A stretch of DNA of 64,000 nt. Origin: Bacteroidales bacterium (GTDB taxonomy: Bacteria; Bacteroidota; Bacteroidia; Bacteroidales; UBA3824). Positions 29,033 to 41,036 of this stretch are shown piece by piece; positions within the stretch are counted from its first letter, which is position 1, and each line of letters starts with the position of its first letter. Location of the stretch: positions 10,932 to 74,931 of the forward strand of contig JAEERW010000016.1 in assembly GCA_016286055.1 (NCBI GenBank), read 5' to 3'. The notes beneath the pieces are model-generated. The model searched no databases. It was not told the DNA's origin and saw only the letters and a list, made by a program, of their open reading frames with translations. The translations under genes were made by a program, and so were the position numbers.

Positions 29033-31786
29033 ATGACAAAAGAAAGTGCATATATATCTGCAATAATAACAGCATTGCTATTGACATTGTGCAGCAGCTG
29101 CAAAGAAAACGTAGAAGCAGCTGCCGACCCTGTATTCAGTGCTATTCCTTATGAACCAAGTCTAATAATCACCACAAGCGACATTGTTTCGCTCACCAAC
29201 AGAATAAAAGAAGGAGGCGCAGCTTGGAACGATATCAAAAGCACAAACCAGTTTCAAACCGCAGATGCGCTTTTCAAAGAGATAAACACCCTGCTTACAA
29301 AAGAAGACAACCTGAGAGCGGTAATAAGAAACAAAAGTTTTGCCATAGCATTTTACAATATGGGCAACAGAATTTCTGGATTAGGTGCAATCTACGCAGG
29401 AAAAAACGCAGGTAAGATACTTTTTGAATCGATAAACAATTTGTCGAAAGAATACGAACTAAAAATATCAGGTGCAAAATACGAAGACGTAAGCATCTAC
29501 TGCGCAAAATCTCCAAACCTTAAACGTGCAGTATATTTTACATTCTTCAAAAACTTCATTCTATTCAGCTACAGCGACATATACATCCAAAATTCTATAA
29601 GGCAACTAAAAGGAAACGAAAGCATAGTAAACATAAAACCACTCAACAAGATTATCACATTCAAAGACAATGACGCAGATGCAAACATAATTATCAATTA
29701 CGCAAAATTTTACGAAACTATAGGTTCAATACTCAACAGCAATAAAAAATCCATTACAAAGAAAATAGCCAGATTTGCAGATTGGTCGGTATTAGACCTC
29801 TCGGCCCACAACCAGAGTGTAACGTTAACCGGATTCAGTAGCGCAAAAGAAAAAACTGGCGCATACGTCAACATTTTCGACAAGCAAGACCCCGTATCAA
29901 ACAGTTTTGAAGACTATATACCAAGCAAAACAATACAATTTGCGTCAATTGGCATATCAGACATCGAAAAATTTAAAACCAGTTACAAACAATACATCGA
30001 ACTTAGCGAACGCAAAAACGATTACGACGCACAAGACAATACAAACAGCAAAAAATACAAAATCACATTAGAACAAGAGATCTACAAAATAGTTTCAAAT
30101 AGAATTACAGAATTTACCACCGATTACAGTATAGCCACAAGAGCCAACGACAACTACATAATTGCCGAAACCGACGACGAGGAACTCGCAAAAAAAACAT
30201 TACTCGGAATAGTAAGCAAATTTCAGCAAAACAATAATAAAACAGATTCTGAAATAGCAACAGCCATAATATCACAAAATAAGAAAAAATATATAGTGTA
30301 CTATTTTCCAATAAAAAACCTATTTGCCACATACTTTGGGGAGATATTCGGAACAATGGACTACAGCTATATGACAATCTACAACTCAAAACTGGTATTT
30401 GCTCAAAACGTTAACGCCATAAAAGAGTATATCAACGCTATGGAGGCAGGGAAAACACTGTCGAACAATTCATACTACAAAGAATTTAGCGAACTCATCA
30501 ACGGCAAAAGCAACATTTTTTACTACACCGACCTTGCTTACAACAAAAACACAATAGCCGACCTATTAAACCAAACTTACAAAAACGAATACATAAAAAA
30601 CTACCAGCAGTTGAAAAATTTCCGTTCCACTGCACTGCAAGTGAGCAGAATAGACGAGAGATACTATACAAACATAGTATTGAAATACAGCGATATGGTA
30701 GAAACAGAACGACTAATAAACTGGAAAACAGAACTTGACTCAACGGCGATAATAAAACCACAAATAGTAAAAAACTTTGAAACTGGCGAAAACAACATAC
30801 TTGTACAAGACGAATCTCGCAAAATACACCTTATTGACAAAAACGGCATAAGGATATGGAAGAAACAGCTTCCAGAAGTAATTGTAGGCAAAGTACACGA
30901 AGTAGACCTATACCACAACGGCAAAATCCAGTTTATGTTTGGAACAGAAAACTTCATACACTGCATCGACAAAAACGGCAACTACGTTGAAAACTTTCCG
31001 TTAGAGATAAAAGGCGGAATATCAAGCGAGATATCGGTATTTGACTACGAAAATGATGGAAATTACCGAATTTTTGTTCCATGCAACAACAAAAAGTTGT
31101 ACCTTTACACCAAAAATGGAACACCATTAAACACATGGAAACCAGTGGAAACCATAGAGAAAATAATTACACCAGTACAATATCTACGATACAAAGACAA
31201 CGAGTATTTGGTATTTGCCGACAATCTAAAGACCTACATACTCAATAGGAAAGGCGAACCCAAAGTAGTGCCCACAAAAAATTTCCCCAAGGCACCCAAA
31301 ACTAAATACTACATTGAAGGCACTGACGATGGCGTAAACCTAAGATTCATTACTACCAACGCAGCAGGCGAAATAGAATACATCAACAACGATGGTTCGT
31401 CGGAAACAAAAAAAATAAAAAGCTACAGTATAAATCACAACTTTTTAATGGAAGATATCAATGGTGACGGACGCAAAGAATATATTTTTACAGAAAACAA
31501 CACCATAGAAATATACGACGACAGATTTCAGAAAATAGGCGACTATTTTACCGAAGGAGAGATAACGGGCAACCCGATAATATTCAAATTTGGCGGCAGC
31601 AACAACAAAATTGGCGTTACATGTGCCAATACCGACAAAGCCTACTTGCTCGACAACAAATGCAAACCGATTGATGGATTCCCCATAAACGGAATCACAG
31701 ATATCAGTATTACAAAATTTGGCAGAGAATACTGCCTGATAATAGGAAACAAGGATAAATACTTATACAATTATACAATAAAATAA
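29033..31786 (+). CDS. large lipoprotein (DUF3352-like) with beta-propeller-like C-terminal region
   Basis: Lipobox LCSSC; repeated D..NGK / DYENDG / DINGDG and LLD..G..V..FP motifs. Confidence 0.65.
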   Translation: MTKESAYISAIITALLLTLCSSCKENVEAAADPVFSAIPYEPSLIITTSDIVSLTNRIKEGGAAWNDIKSTNQFQTADALFKEINTLLTKEDNLRAVIRNKSFAIAFYNMGNRISGLGAIYAGKNAGKILFESINNLSKEYELKISGAKYEDVSIYCAKSPNLKRAVYFTFFKNFILFSYSDIYIQNSIRQLKGNESIVNIKPLNKIITFKDNDADANIIINYAKFYETIGSILNSNKKSITKKIARFADWSVLDLSAHNQSVTLTGFSSAKEKTGAYVNIFDKQDPVSNSFEDYIPSKTIQFASIGISDIEKFKTSYKQYIELSERKNDYDAQDNTNSKKYKITLEQEIYKIVSNRITEFTTDYSIATRANDNYIIAETDDEELAKKTLLGIVSKFQQNNNKTDSEIATAIISQNKKKYIVYYFPIKNLFATYFGEIFGTMDYSYMTIYNSKLVFAQNVNAIKEYINAMEAGKTLSNNSYYKEFSELINGKSNIFYYTDLAYNKNTIADLLNQTYKNEYIKNYQQLKNFRSTALQVSRIDERYYTNIVLKYSDMVETERLINWKTELDSTAIIKPQIVKNFETGENNILVQDESRKIHLIDKNGIRIWKKQLPEVIVGKVHEVDLYHNGKIQFMFGTENFIHCIDKNGNYVENFPLEIKGGISSEISVFDYENDGNYRIFVPCNNKKLYLYTKNGTPLNTWKPVETIEKIITPVQYLRYKDNEYLVFADNLKTYILNRKGEPKVVPTKNFPKAPKTKYYIEGTDDGVNLRFITTNAAGEIEYINNDGSSETKKIKSYSINHNFLMEDINGDGRKEYIFTENNTIEIYDDRFQKIGDYFTEGEITGNPIIFKFGGSNNKIGVTCANTDKAYLLDNKCKPIDGFPINGITDISITKFGREYCLIIGNKDKYLYNYTIK

Positions 31787-31796
31787 AAATAAAACT

Positions 31797-32909
31797 ATGA
31801 AAAAGCAATTAATAACCATGATCACCGGCGCACTGCTGTTATCGTCAGCAATAACAGCGTGCCGCGACGATTTCGAATTTGACGAGTTCGAAAAATACGA
31901 CGACTCAATTGCAATCAACGGAAAAGTGGCATCGCCATTGATCAACACAAGAATGAAGTTTTCTGACGTTAACACAAAGAGCATCAACGAACGTCTTAAT
32001 TTTTCTTACGACAACAGCGGGCTGACACATATGGTTGTAAACCAAGACGATAAAGTCATTAACCTACCTAACATGCTAAGTCCTGCAGAATTAGCTGCAC
32101 TGGGTCTCCCCCCGCAAACATGGGAAAAAACCTACACAACAGACAAACAAAGCATATTTCAAGACAGAGCTGGCGGTACATTCTTTATAAAAAATCCTAC
32201 CTTCACCCTAAATAAGAAGGTAATGAAAAATAGTACCATTTTGCTCAAAATCAACAAAATAGACTTCTACAACACCAGCGGAACCCTGCTTAAAACCATA
32301 TCTCCAATAAACGATGAATTTGGAGAATCAATAGTACTAAACAACGAAAACACCAACGGAGGTTTGTCAGAAGCTCTTGAAATGATGCCTGATTACTATG
32401 TACTACAGTATACAGCAAAATCTGATGCCATAGAAAACGGTGACAAAATGAAGATCAATGTAATATTGGATCTCCCGTTAGAGATAAAAACCGACAAATT
32501 TTCTATCCGCGACACAATGGTTATCGACATCGACGACATTATAGAAAATGCTGACAAACTTATAATAAAGACCAAAGTTCAAAACAACATACCAGTTGAA
32601 ATAAAGCTGAGAGCTAATTTTCTTGCCCAAGGGGTAGTAATAGACTCAATATATGAACAAGGACCATTAGTAATTGACGCAGCTACTACCGACGACGACG
32701 GCAAGGTTCTCAATACCACAGCCACCGACCGCATCAACACATTCGACAAAATGCGAATCACAAAATTACTAAACGCTAATTGCGACAAATTGTCGTACGA
32801 ATTTGTGATATCTTCCGACCAATCCAAATATGTTAAAATAACCGAAAACCAAACCCTCGACCTTAGAATGTCGATGTGCGTAGAAGCAGGATTTTCAACC
32901 AAAGACTAA
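31797..32909 (+). CDS. hypothetical lipoprotein, probably surface exposed
   Basis: Lipobox ITAC followed by acidic RDDFEFDE export-signal-like stretch. Confidence 0.7.
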   Translation: MKKQLITMITGALLLSSAITACRDDFEFDEFEKYDDSIAINGKVASPLINTRMKFSDVNTKSINERLNFSYDNSGLTHMVVNQDDKVINLPNMLSPAELAALGLPPQTWEKTYTTDKQSIFQDRAGGTFFIKNPTFTLNKKVMKNSTILLKINKIDFYNTSGTLLKTISPINDEFGESIVLNNENTNGGLSEALEMMPDYYVLQYTAKSDAIENGDKMKINVILDLPLEIKTDKFSIRDTMVIDIDDIIENADKLIIKTKVQNNIPVEIKLRANFLAQGVVIDSIYEQGPLVIDAATTDDDGKVLNTTATDRINTFDKMRITKLLNANCDKLSYEFVISSDQSKYVKITENQTLDLRMSMCVEAGFSTKD

Positions 32910-32926
32910 TTAAAAAAAGCACACAG

Positions 32927-34360
32927 ATGAAAAACACAATTAAAAATATAGCGCTAACAGCTGCATTGACATTCGCAGGCGCAACAGCCGGAGCACAATC
33001 GCTCACTGGTTACTTTATGGACAATATCCCCAATGTCAACATATACAACCCCGCATTCAACCCACACAGCAAGGTTTACGTGTCGATTTACGACGTTTAC
33101 ACAGGCGTTGGAAACTCTGGATTTGCAATCAAAGATATGTTTCAGCATACAAAAGAAGACAAATATATCTTCGATCTAAACCAGATATACAACAAACTCA
33201 AGAAAAACAACTATCAATTTGCCGACTTCAATATCCAGTTGTTTAACTTCGGATTTCGTCTTGGAGAAGGATACGTACATGCAGGTGTATCGCTCAGAGG
33301 AGACGAAAATTTTGCATATCCCAAGGAACTAATGAAGTTTAAGGACGGAACATACTTTGACAAAGAGAGCACCATCGACCTTAGTGGATTCGATATTAAA
33401 GCCAACGCATACTATCAATACTCGTTTGGATATTCGTGGGAATTTTCAGACAAAATAAACTTTGGCGCAGCTGTTAAACGCTTGCAAGGTATAGCAAACG
33501 CACGTACCAAGAAATTTGACATGCAGCTCACCACCGAAGACGATATGTACGACGTCAGTCTCAAATCCGACGTACAGATGCAGTTTGCTTGTGGCGCCGA
33601 CATTGAGTTTGAATACGACGACAATGGTATGATTCACGATGCCAATGCCACCAACATGGATCTCGACGACATGTCGAACGATGATTGGAAAAAACTTTTG
33701 AAGAAAACCAAAAACGGAGGTTGGGCCGTTGACCTAGGTATGACATACAAGTTTGACAACCGCTTATCATTCGCAGGTTCAGTTACCGACCTTGGAGCCA
33801 TCAAATGGAAAAAATACGGCAAGACATTGGAACAGAAGGGAACATTCGATTTTACTGGTGTTGACATTGCAAAATATTTCAACAACATAGACTCGCTCGG
33901 CACTGTGATGAAAGACTCTATTGCAGCATTTGCTTCTCCTTCTGACAATGGCAAAGCCTACACAGATTGGCTTCATACCAAAATTTATCTTTCGGCTGAA
34001 TACGAAATCAACAAATATATCGACCTTGGAATGATGTTTCGTGGAATGTGGTATTCAAAACATTTCCATCCGTCGCTCACCACTTCGGTAAACTTCCGAC
34101 TCGGCAGTGCAACACAGATAAGCATATCGCAATCGTTTGTTAACCGCCGTGCAAATGTTTGGGGTATTGGCTATTCGCAACAGATGGGTCCAATACAACT
34201 ATATTTCATAGTAGATCAGTTCTCGCCAGCATTCTGGGCAATGAACGGAAGCGATATGGCAGAAAACTGGGTTAAGAAAACCAATATGGCCACATTCCAA
34301 ACTGGAATGTCGATAATTATCGGTCGCCAAAAATACTACGAAAAAGCACTATTTGAATAA
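32927..34360 (+). CDS. DUF5723-like outer-membrane barrel protein
   Basis: Signal peptide AGA-Q, YNPAF, G.AVDLG.TY and S.TDLG.I.W motifs; start at ATG 32927. Confidence 0.75.
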   Translation: MKNTIKNIALTAALTFAGATAGAQSLTGYFMDNIPNVNIYNPAFNPHSKVYVSIYDVYTGVGNSGFAIKDMFQHTKEDKYIFDLNQIYNKLKKNNYQFADFNIQLFNFGFRLGEGYVHAGVSLRGDENFAYPKELMKFKDGTYFDKESTIDLSGFDIKANAYYQYSFGYSWEFSDKINFGAAVKRLQGIANARTKKFDMQLTTEDDMYDVSLKSDVQMQFACGADIEFEYDDNGMIHDANATNMDLDDMSNDDWKKLLKKTKNGGWAVDLGMTYKFDNRLSFAGSVTDLGAIKWKKYGKTLEQKGTFDFTGVDIAKYFNNIDSLGTVMKDSIAAFASPSDNGKAYTDWLHTKIYLSAEYEINKYIDLGMMFRGMWYSKHFHPSLTTSVNFRLGSATQISISQSFVNRRANVWGIGYSQQMGPIQLYFIVDQFSPAFWAMNGSDMAENWVKKTNMATFQTGMSIIIGRQKYYEKALFE

Positions 34361-34385
34361 AAGCACACCTTATATTATTTAATAC

Positions 34386-34421
34386 AAAAAAAACGGGCTG
34401 CTAATCGCAGCTCGTTTTTTT
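34386..34421. terminator. bidirectional terminator
   Basis: A8-CGGGCTGC/GCAGCTCG-T7 between convergent genes. Confidence 0.8.
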
Positions 34422-34451
34422 GTTGTACACCTCAAAACTGTTGACCTGTGT

Positions 34452-36911
34452 TTACCATCTGGTTTTAAGACGTCGCAACATATGTTGGAAATGTTTTTCA
34501 AAATAACTAAATTTCAGATACTTGGAAATAGCGAGACCCTTTTTGATATAATCGGAATGAGCATCGCTACCAATAGGAGAAAAAGCAGCTGCGATTTCGC
34601 AAAAGCGCATATTCCAATAATTGGTGGCGCAAATTGGAAAAGCATCGCGAATTTCGGTTATGCGGGCAAAAAACTCGTTAGCCTTTTTAGCATAGCCGAC
34701 TTTAAGCAGTGAATAAGAATAAAGGAGCTGCAACTGTTGATAATATTCATTTACCTGCTGGCGGTGACCGTGGGGTTTGTCGTTAAGAATCAACTCGCAA
34801 ATATCTTTTACCAGATGCCATTGCTCAGCGAGGGATAGCGAATCGGCAAGAATTATGTCACCGTAGGTAAAGGCTTGCGACAAGTTTTCGCTACGATTGT
34901 AATAATCACGGGCGAAAGTAGATATATAGTCTAATAGCGAAGCAGGAATACGGCCATCGCTCATAGAGTAATAAAGTACTTGAACAGACATAAACTCTAT
35001 GTAGCAAGTATTGTCGTCATGAGGAATATCGAGCGATTCAACCGCTGTAAAATACTCGTGCATAAGTTTTTGGTCACGGTTAAAATAGCTTTGCTGAATT
35101 TTGATGGTGTAAGCAAACATTTTGTCGCCCACCGACACCGAATTGTTGATATATTGTTTTAGTGCGTCGCCATAGAACGCGTTGAGCGAGTCGATATCAC
35201 AGAAATGCATAAAGTAATAGAACCTACCCGACTGCGTAGAAGCGTACACAGGAAGCACTTCAGCACGAATTTCGGGATACTTGCGCAGCTCAGTGCCAAC
35301 TGTATTTATCAACTTCTGCATAAAGGTTTGCTCTTCGAGGTCGGCAAAATTTTTATCCAAAATGTCAAAAATACCAGATAAGATGTCGGTTCTGTTGTCT
35401 TTAAAAGCGTATTTAACCAACCAAGAAACTATCTGGAACTTGAGCGAAGGATTACCACGATAAAAGTCGCTAATTTCGGCAAAGAGTTCACTATCAAAAG
35501 TGGTTTCTCTCAACCAATAGTTTGCCAACAAAAACTCGAACAATATCTGATGGCTGAACTTGATATAAGTGGATGTTTTCAAGAATTTATCCTCTTGCTT
35601 ATACTCAAATAACACACCTAACGAAACAAGTTCGTCGAATTCGTTACGGTATTCGGTAAGAAGATTTTGCATACTGTTCATCACCACAATATCGTTATCC
35701 AAACCATAATTGGTACTAAATAACAGAAAATCAATAAGTTTTAATTTACGTTCGCCATTTTCTGTACCAATGATGCGCCTACTTACAAACTCACGCAAAA
35801 GGTTGGCATCCGACACCACATTTTTATTGTCCTGCGCCAAAGATATATAAAGGTGTAGGAAATAAGGAATTCGGGTAATATTCATAATGCCGTCTTGCAT
35901 AATGTTAACCACCGACGAAGCATCGTATACACCACTGTTTCGCAAAATTTGCTCAACTTCCGCCATTTTTAACAGAGGGACATTGGTGGCAACGGGTGTG
36001 GATGTAGAAAATTCAACTCCATACCAAGTGGATTTGATTTCCATACTGTCGCTAAGGGCACGGCAGATATAGTTCCAAAGGTCAGGACGAAGTGTAAGAA
36101 CCACCTTAAACCAACGGTCTTCCATATTGGAGGCGATGAGCGACAGAATATTGTTGATAAGGTTGCGAGTGCTTCCGGCATTTCCCGAAAACTCACTCAG
36201 CCCATCGAAAACCAATACAATGCGACCCCTCATAGCAGCTGGGAAAAGTAGGAAATACTCTTTGAAACTTTTTTGGTCGCCATATCCTAAAAGCCTGAGT
36301 ATAAACTGTTCAACGTTGAAATCTTGATCTGCCACATTGTCGAGCACACCGCAATCCATAAACCAAACAATGTCGTCGGGATAGCGGGGATTTTCGCCCA
36401 AGAAAAAATCGTTGACCAAAGTAGATACAATAGTAGATTTGCCATACCCTCCCGGTGCAATAAATGCGGTAGCTGTTTTATCAGATTGCAGAAAGCCTTC
36501 CAACATTTCGGTGGCGAACTTTCGATGCACCATTTTTTTTACATCCACGCCCATACGGTTTTTAACAGAAAGAAAACTGTTGTAACTGATGGCGCGGGCT
36601 TTTTGGCGAATCTGCTCCCACTTTTCAATATTTTCGGCTTTTTTAGTAACGCTGTGACGGTTAGAAACAAAATCGTCCCAATCCTCAAATCCGATATATT
36701 TGCTCAGCGAGTTGAGAGTATATTTCGAAGGATTAAACACGCTCGCCACCAAATTCCAAAGGCGCTTGATGGTAGTTTCGCTGATTTTGTTGCCCGTAGC
36801 ATCAAAAACTACGTCAGACAGCGCAGAGCAGTCCTTGGCGTAAAGAATCTTTGCGCCAAACTTTTGTTCCACTGCTTCTTTAAGAAGGTCTATGTCGTCT
36901 AAATTGTCCAC
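34452..36911 (-). CDS. N-terminal HTH + STAND/NACHT-like P-loop NTPase with helical C-terminus
   Basis: HTH-like ISETTIKRLW..PSKYTLN.LS.YIGF.DW.DF; Walker A APGGYGKST; Walker B VLVFDGLSE; PYFLHLY. Confidence 0.75.
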   Translation of the reverse strand: MDNLDDIDLLKEAVEQKFGAKILYAKDCSALSDVVFDATGNKISETTIKRLWNLVASVFNPSKYTLNSLSKYIGFEDWDDFVSNRHSVTKKAENIEKWEQIRQKARAISYNSFLSVKNRMGVDVKKMVHRKFATEMLEGFLQSDKTATAFIAPGGYGKSTIVSTLVNDFFLGENPRYPDDIVWFMDCGVLDNVADQDFNVEQFILRLLGYGDQKSFKEYFLLFPAAMRGRIVLVFDGLSEFSGNAGSTRNLINNILSLIASNMEDRWFKVVLTLRPDLWNYICRALSDSMEIKSTWYGVEFSTSTPVATNVPLLKMAEVEQILRNSGVYDASSVVNIMQDGIMNITRIPYFLHLYISLAQDNKNVVSDANLLREFVSRRIIGTENGERKLKLIDFLLFSTNYGLDNDIVVMNSMQNLLTEYRNEFDELVSLGVLFEYKQEDKFLKTSTYIKFSHQILFEFLLANYWLRETTFDSELFAEISDFYRGNPSLKFQIVSWLVKYAFKDNRTDILSGIFDILDKNFADLEEQTFMQKLINTVGTELRKYPEIRAEVLPVYASTQSGRFYYFMHFCDIDSLNAFYGDALKQYINNSVSVGDKMFAYTIKIQQSYFNRDQKLMHEYFTAVESLDIPHDDNTCYIEFMSVQVLYYSMSDGRIPASLLDYISTFARDYYNRSENLSQAFTYGDIILADSLSLAEQWHLVKDICELILNDKPHGHRQQVNEYYQQLQLLYSYSLLKVGYAKKANEFFARITEIRDAFPICATNYWNMRFCEIAAAFSPIGSDAHSDYIKKGLAISKYLKFSYFEKHFQHMLRRLKTRW

Positions 36912-37086
36912 GAGCCAAAAGTAGAATATATCAGCAAATTAACCAAATAAAAATGAACAAAATGAATGAAAAAAAATTTTACCATAAAATTATAAGGTGT
37001 GAGAATTGTTTTTTTTGCATTTTTTATTTTAAGCCAAAATCATTACTTTTGCTCAAATTTTAGGAACAATCATCATTCACTTCACA

Positions 37087-38949
37087 ATGAAAAAATCACT
37101 TCTTATTATTTCTGCATTATGCGCTGTGTCAAGCGTTTATGCTCAGAACGACACCATTATCGACAAAATTGTAATACATCCTGAAGTTGTGGTTACAGGC
37201 ACTCGCAACGCTATCGACCAACGTTATCTGCCGCTCACAGTTACGCAGATTTCAAACAAGGATCTCGCTGTAAACTACAACACTTCGATGATTCCCTCAC
37301 TTACCGAACAGACTCCGGGACTATTTTCCACATCGCGTGGCATTATTGGCTACGGCGTGTCGACCAACTCTGCAGGCGGCATCAAGGTGCGAGGTGTGGG
37401 CGACGGCTCAAGAATTCTTGTGCTTATCGATGGTCAGCCGCAATTTGCAGGATTGATGGGTCACCCTATCCCTGACGCTTACCAGACCTTTATGGCCGAC
37501 AAGGTGGAAGTGCTTCGCGGACCTTCTTCGCTTCTTTACGGCTCTAACGCTATGGGCGGAGTTGTCAACATAGTTACCCGCGAGGCAGTAGACGGCGTTA
37601 AAACTGAATTTATGCTCTCAGGCGGAAGCTACGGCACAGCCGAGCTGCAGGGTATGGCACGTATGAAATATGGCAAATTTTCGGCAGTGCTTGGCGCCAA
37701 CTACCAACGCACCGACGGACACCGCTATAATTCTGGTTTCGAGCAGATTAGCGACTTTATAAAAGTAGGCTATCAGTTATCGAACAATTGGAAAGTGTCT
37801 GCCGACCTCGACCTCACTTATTTCGACTTCAACAATCCCGGTCCAGAAAATGCGCCACTCTTTGATACCCAAGCCGATATTCTCCGCGGACTTGCAAGTA
37901 TCTCAGCCACCAACAATTACGGCAATACTTCTGGTTGCATCCGTTTCTTCTACGACTGGGGACATCACGAAATCAACGACGGACACCTATGGGGTCAGCC
38001 CGAAAAAGACAATCTCTACATGCACGACGACTTTATCACAGGAGCCACTATCTATCAGAACTTTAAGCCCTTCAGCGGATCGCGCATAACAGTAGGTTTC
38101 GACTATCAACACTTTGGAGGCGAGGCTTGGAACGATTTCTTCAACGGCGACAAAAAATATCTTGTTGAAGACCACAATCAAGACGAAATCGCAGGCTATA
38201 TCGACTACAACCAACAGATTACCAAATGGATGTCGGCAGATTTTGGCGTAAGGGTAGACAATCATTCGCAGGCTGGCACTGAGATTATTCCTCAGGCAGG
38301 AATCTCGTTCTACACAATGAACAAAGACAACATCAAACTGTTAGTTTCCAAAGGATTCCGCAATCCCAACATCAGAGAGATGTATATGTTTCCTCCTCAG
38401 AATGACAACCTCGAACCCGAGCGTATGATGAATTACGAAGTATCGTACGCCAAAACACTGCGTCGCCTCTCTTTTGGCGCTAACGTCTATTATATAAAAG
38501 GTGACAACCTTATCAACACCGTTCCCCGCACCGAAGGTCAAGGCATGATAAACATGAACACCGGTGAATTTGAAAACTACGGTTTCGAACTAACGGCTAC
38601 TTACACCATAAGAGCATGGAAATTCGACGCCAACTATTCGTATCTCCATATGGATACTCCTGTGACGGGCGCTCCCGAAAGCAAAACCTTCTTTGCCGCT
38701 CAATACTCAAGAGGCAAAATTACCGCAAGGATAAGCGAGCAGAGCGTTTCGGGACTCTACATCACCACTGGCAACAACGCCGAAACTGAGGAGTACAACC
38801 TCGTGAACGCCAACTTCGCTTACAATATACTGCCCACCATACGTCTATTTGTAAAAGGCGAGAACCTGCTCGGCGAAAAATATCAGACCTATCAAGGATT
38901 CTATATGCCCAAAGCAACGTTTATGGGCGGAATTTGCATAGAATTGTAA
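37087..38949 (+). CDS. TonB-dependent outer-membrane receptor
   Basis: EVVVTGTR, LVLIDG, VEVLRGPSSLLYGSNAMGGVVNI plug motifs; NLL..Y near C-terminus. Confidence 0.92.
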   Translation: MKKSLLIISALCAVSSVYAQNDTIIDKIVIHPEVVVTGTRNAIDQRYLPLTVTQISNKDLAVNYNTSMIPSLTEQTPGLFSTSRGIIGYGVSTNSAGGIKVRGVGDGSRILVLIDGQPQFAGLMGHPIPDAYQTFMADKVEVLRGPSSLLYGSNAMGGVVNIVTREAVDGVKTEFMLSGGSYGTAELQGMARMKYGKFSAVLGANYQRTDGHRYNSGFEQISDFIKVGYQLSNNWKVSADLDLTYFDFNNPGPENAPLFDTQADILRGLASISATNNYGNTSGCIRFFYDWGHHEINDGHLWGQPEKDNLYMHDDFITGATIYQNFKPFSGSRITVGFDYQHFGGEAWNDFFNGDKKYLVEDHNQDEIAGYIDYNQQITKWMSADFGVRVDNHSQAGTEIIPQAGISFYTMNKDNIKLLVSKGFRNPNIREMYMFPPQNDNLEPERMMNYEVSYAKTLRRLSFGANVYYIKGDNLINTVPRTEGQGMINMNTGEFENYGFELTATYTIRAWKFDANYSYLHMDTPVTGAPESKTFFAAQYSRGKITARISEQSVSGLYITTGNNAETEEYNLVNANFAYNILPTIRLFVKGENLLGEKYQTYQGFYMPKATFMGGICIEL

Positions 38950-38990
38950 AAAACTGTATATTTGCACCGAAAATATAAACAAACTCCGCG

Positions 38991-40778
38991 ATGAAAAATA
39001 TTCGTAATTTCTGCATAATAGCCCACATCGACCACGGCAAAAGCACTCTTGCCGACCGTCTGCTTCAATACACCAAGACCATCAACGAAAAAGACCTTAC
39101 CAATCAGGTGCTCGACGATATGGATCTTGAGCGTGAGCGCGGCATCACCATCAAGAGCCACGCTATACAGATGCGTCACAAATACAACGGCGAGGATTAT
39201 GTGCTCAACCTCATCGACACTCCCGGCCATGTGGATTTCTCATACGAAGTATCGCGGAGCATTGCAGCCTGCGAGGGCGCGTTGCTTGTTATCGACGCCA
39301 CACAGGGTATTCAGGCGCAAACCATCTCAAACGTCTATATGGCAATTGAGAACAACCTTGAAATTATCCCCGTGCTCAACAAAATGGATATGCCTGCCGC
39401 CAAACCTGAGGAAGTGAAAGACCAAATCATCGAACTCATCGGCGGCAAGCGCGAGGATATTATCGAGGCCTCTGGCAAAACAGGACTTGGCGTAGAACGT
39501 ATCTTAGACACCATTATAGAGAAAGTGCCCGCACCCGAAGGCGACCCCGAAGCACCGTTGCAGGCGCTGATTTTCGACTCGATGTTCAACCCATTCCGCG
39601 GTATCATAGCATATTTCCGCATCTACAACGGAACGCTCAAAGCCAACGACCGTGTAAAATTTGTAAACACCAAAAAAGAGTACAACGCCGACGAGGTGGG
39701 CATCCTTGAAATGGACTTAAAACCACAGTCAGAAATCTCTGCTGGCAATGTAGGCTACATAATATCAGGCATCAAGCAAGCCACCGAAGTAAAGGTGGGC
39801 GACACAATCACCCACGTGGAAAATCCTTGCGAAAAAGCCATCGAGGGTTTTGCAGAAGTGAAACCGATGGTTTACGCCGGCGTTTATCCAATTGAAACCG
39901 ACGAATATGAGGAGCTGCGCACATCGCTTGAAAAACTGCAATTAAACGATGCGTCGCTTACATTCACCCCTGAATCGTCGATAGCGCTCGGATTCGGTTT
40001 CCGTTGTGGATTCTTGGGAATGCTGCACATGGACATTGTGCAGGAACGCCTCTCGCGCGAGTTTGATATGGACGTTATCACCACTGTGCCCAACGTTTCA
40101 TATAAGGTGTTTACCACCAAAGGCGAAATGATAGAGGTGCACAACCCCGCAGGATTGCCCGAACAAAAAGCCATCAGCCATATCGAAGAACCTTACATCA
40201 AGGCTGATATTATCACAAAATCAGAGTTTTACGGACCAATTACAAAACTCTGTATGGAAAAGCGCGGCATCAAAATCAACGAAACATACCTTACTGCCGA
40301 CCGCATAGAACTCAACTTTGAGATGCCGCTGGCAGAAATAGTGTTCGACTTTTACGACAAACTCAAAAGCATATCAAAGGGTTACGCATCGTTCGACTAC
40401 CACCCTATCGACTACCGCGAATCCAAGCTCATCAAGTTAGACATCCTGCTCAACGGCGAACCTGTTGACGCTATGAGCAGTCTCATCCATGAGAGCAACG
40501 CCTACGAGTTTGGCAAAAACATCTGCGAAAAACTCAAAGACCTAATACCGCGACATCAGTTCGACATAGCCATCCAGGCCGCCATAGGCACCAAAATCAT
40601 ATCGCGAAGCACCATCAAAGCCTTCCGCAAAGACGTTACCGCCAAATGTTACGGTGGCGACATCTCTCGTAAGCGCAAACTTTTAGACAAGCAGAAAAAA
40701 GGTAAGAAGCGTATGAAACAAGTTGGCGACGTGGAAGTCCCGCAAAAAGCATTCCTTGCGGTATTGAAAATCGGCTAA
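38991..40778 (+). CDS. lepA: elongation factor 4
   Basis: [42 protein letters not shown] motifs. Confidence 0.98.
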   Translation: MKNIRNFCIIAHIDHGKSTLADRLLQYTKTINEKDLTNQVLDDMDLERERGITIKSHAIQMRHKYNGEDYVLNLIDTPGHVDFSYEVSRSIAACEGALLVIDATQGIQAQTISNVYMAIENNLEIIPVLNKMDMPAAKPEEVKDQIIELIGGKREDIIEASGKTGLGVERILDTIIEKVPAPEGDPEAPLQALIFDSMFNPFRGIIAYFRIYNGTLKANDRVKFVNTKKEYNADEVGILEMDLKPQSEISAGNVGYIISGIKQATEVKVGDTITHVENPCEKAIEGFAEVKPMVYAGVYPIETDEYEELRTSLEKLQLNDASLTFTPESSIALGFGFRCGFLGMLHMDIVQERLSREFDMDVITTVPNVSYKVFTTKGEMIEVHNPAGLPEQKAISHIEEPYIKADIITKSEFYGPITKLCMEKRGIKINETYLTADRIELNFEMPLAEIVFDFYDKLKSISKGYASFDYHPIDYRESKLIKLDILLNGEPVDAMSSLIHESNAYEFGKNICEKLKDLIPRHQFDIAIQAAIGTKIISRSTIKAFRKDVTAKCYGGDISRKRKLLDKQKKGKKRMKQVGDVEVPQKAFLAVLKIG

Positions 40779-41036
40779 TACCATCCACAATAATTTGTAA
40801 TGCATACAATTCACAAAAGTAAATATAATTTATTTTTGTAAACTCATTTTGCAATAAAGTTAAATATAAAACAACCAATATCGCATACAGATAACAAGTC
40901 AAAAAATATTTATGTAGAATAGTTTTATTTTTTTGAATAAATTATTAAGTTTTTGATAAATTAAACAAAGTTAAGGATAATTTAATTTGCAAGTTAAAAA
41001 TATATCTCTACATTTGTGTCGAAAAATAATAAACAA

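Noticed and set aside
36912-37086. Cobalamin or TPP riboswitch before the TonB receptor
   Set aside because: The -7 promoter motif at 37044-37051 leaves only about 30 nt of leader and no aptamer motif is visible
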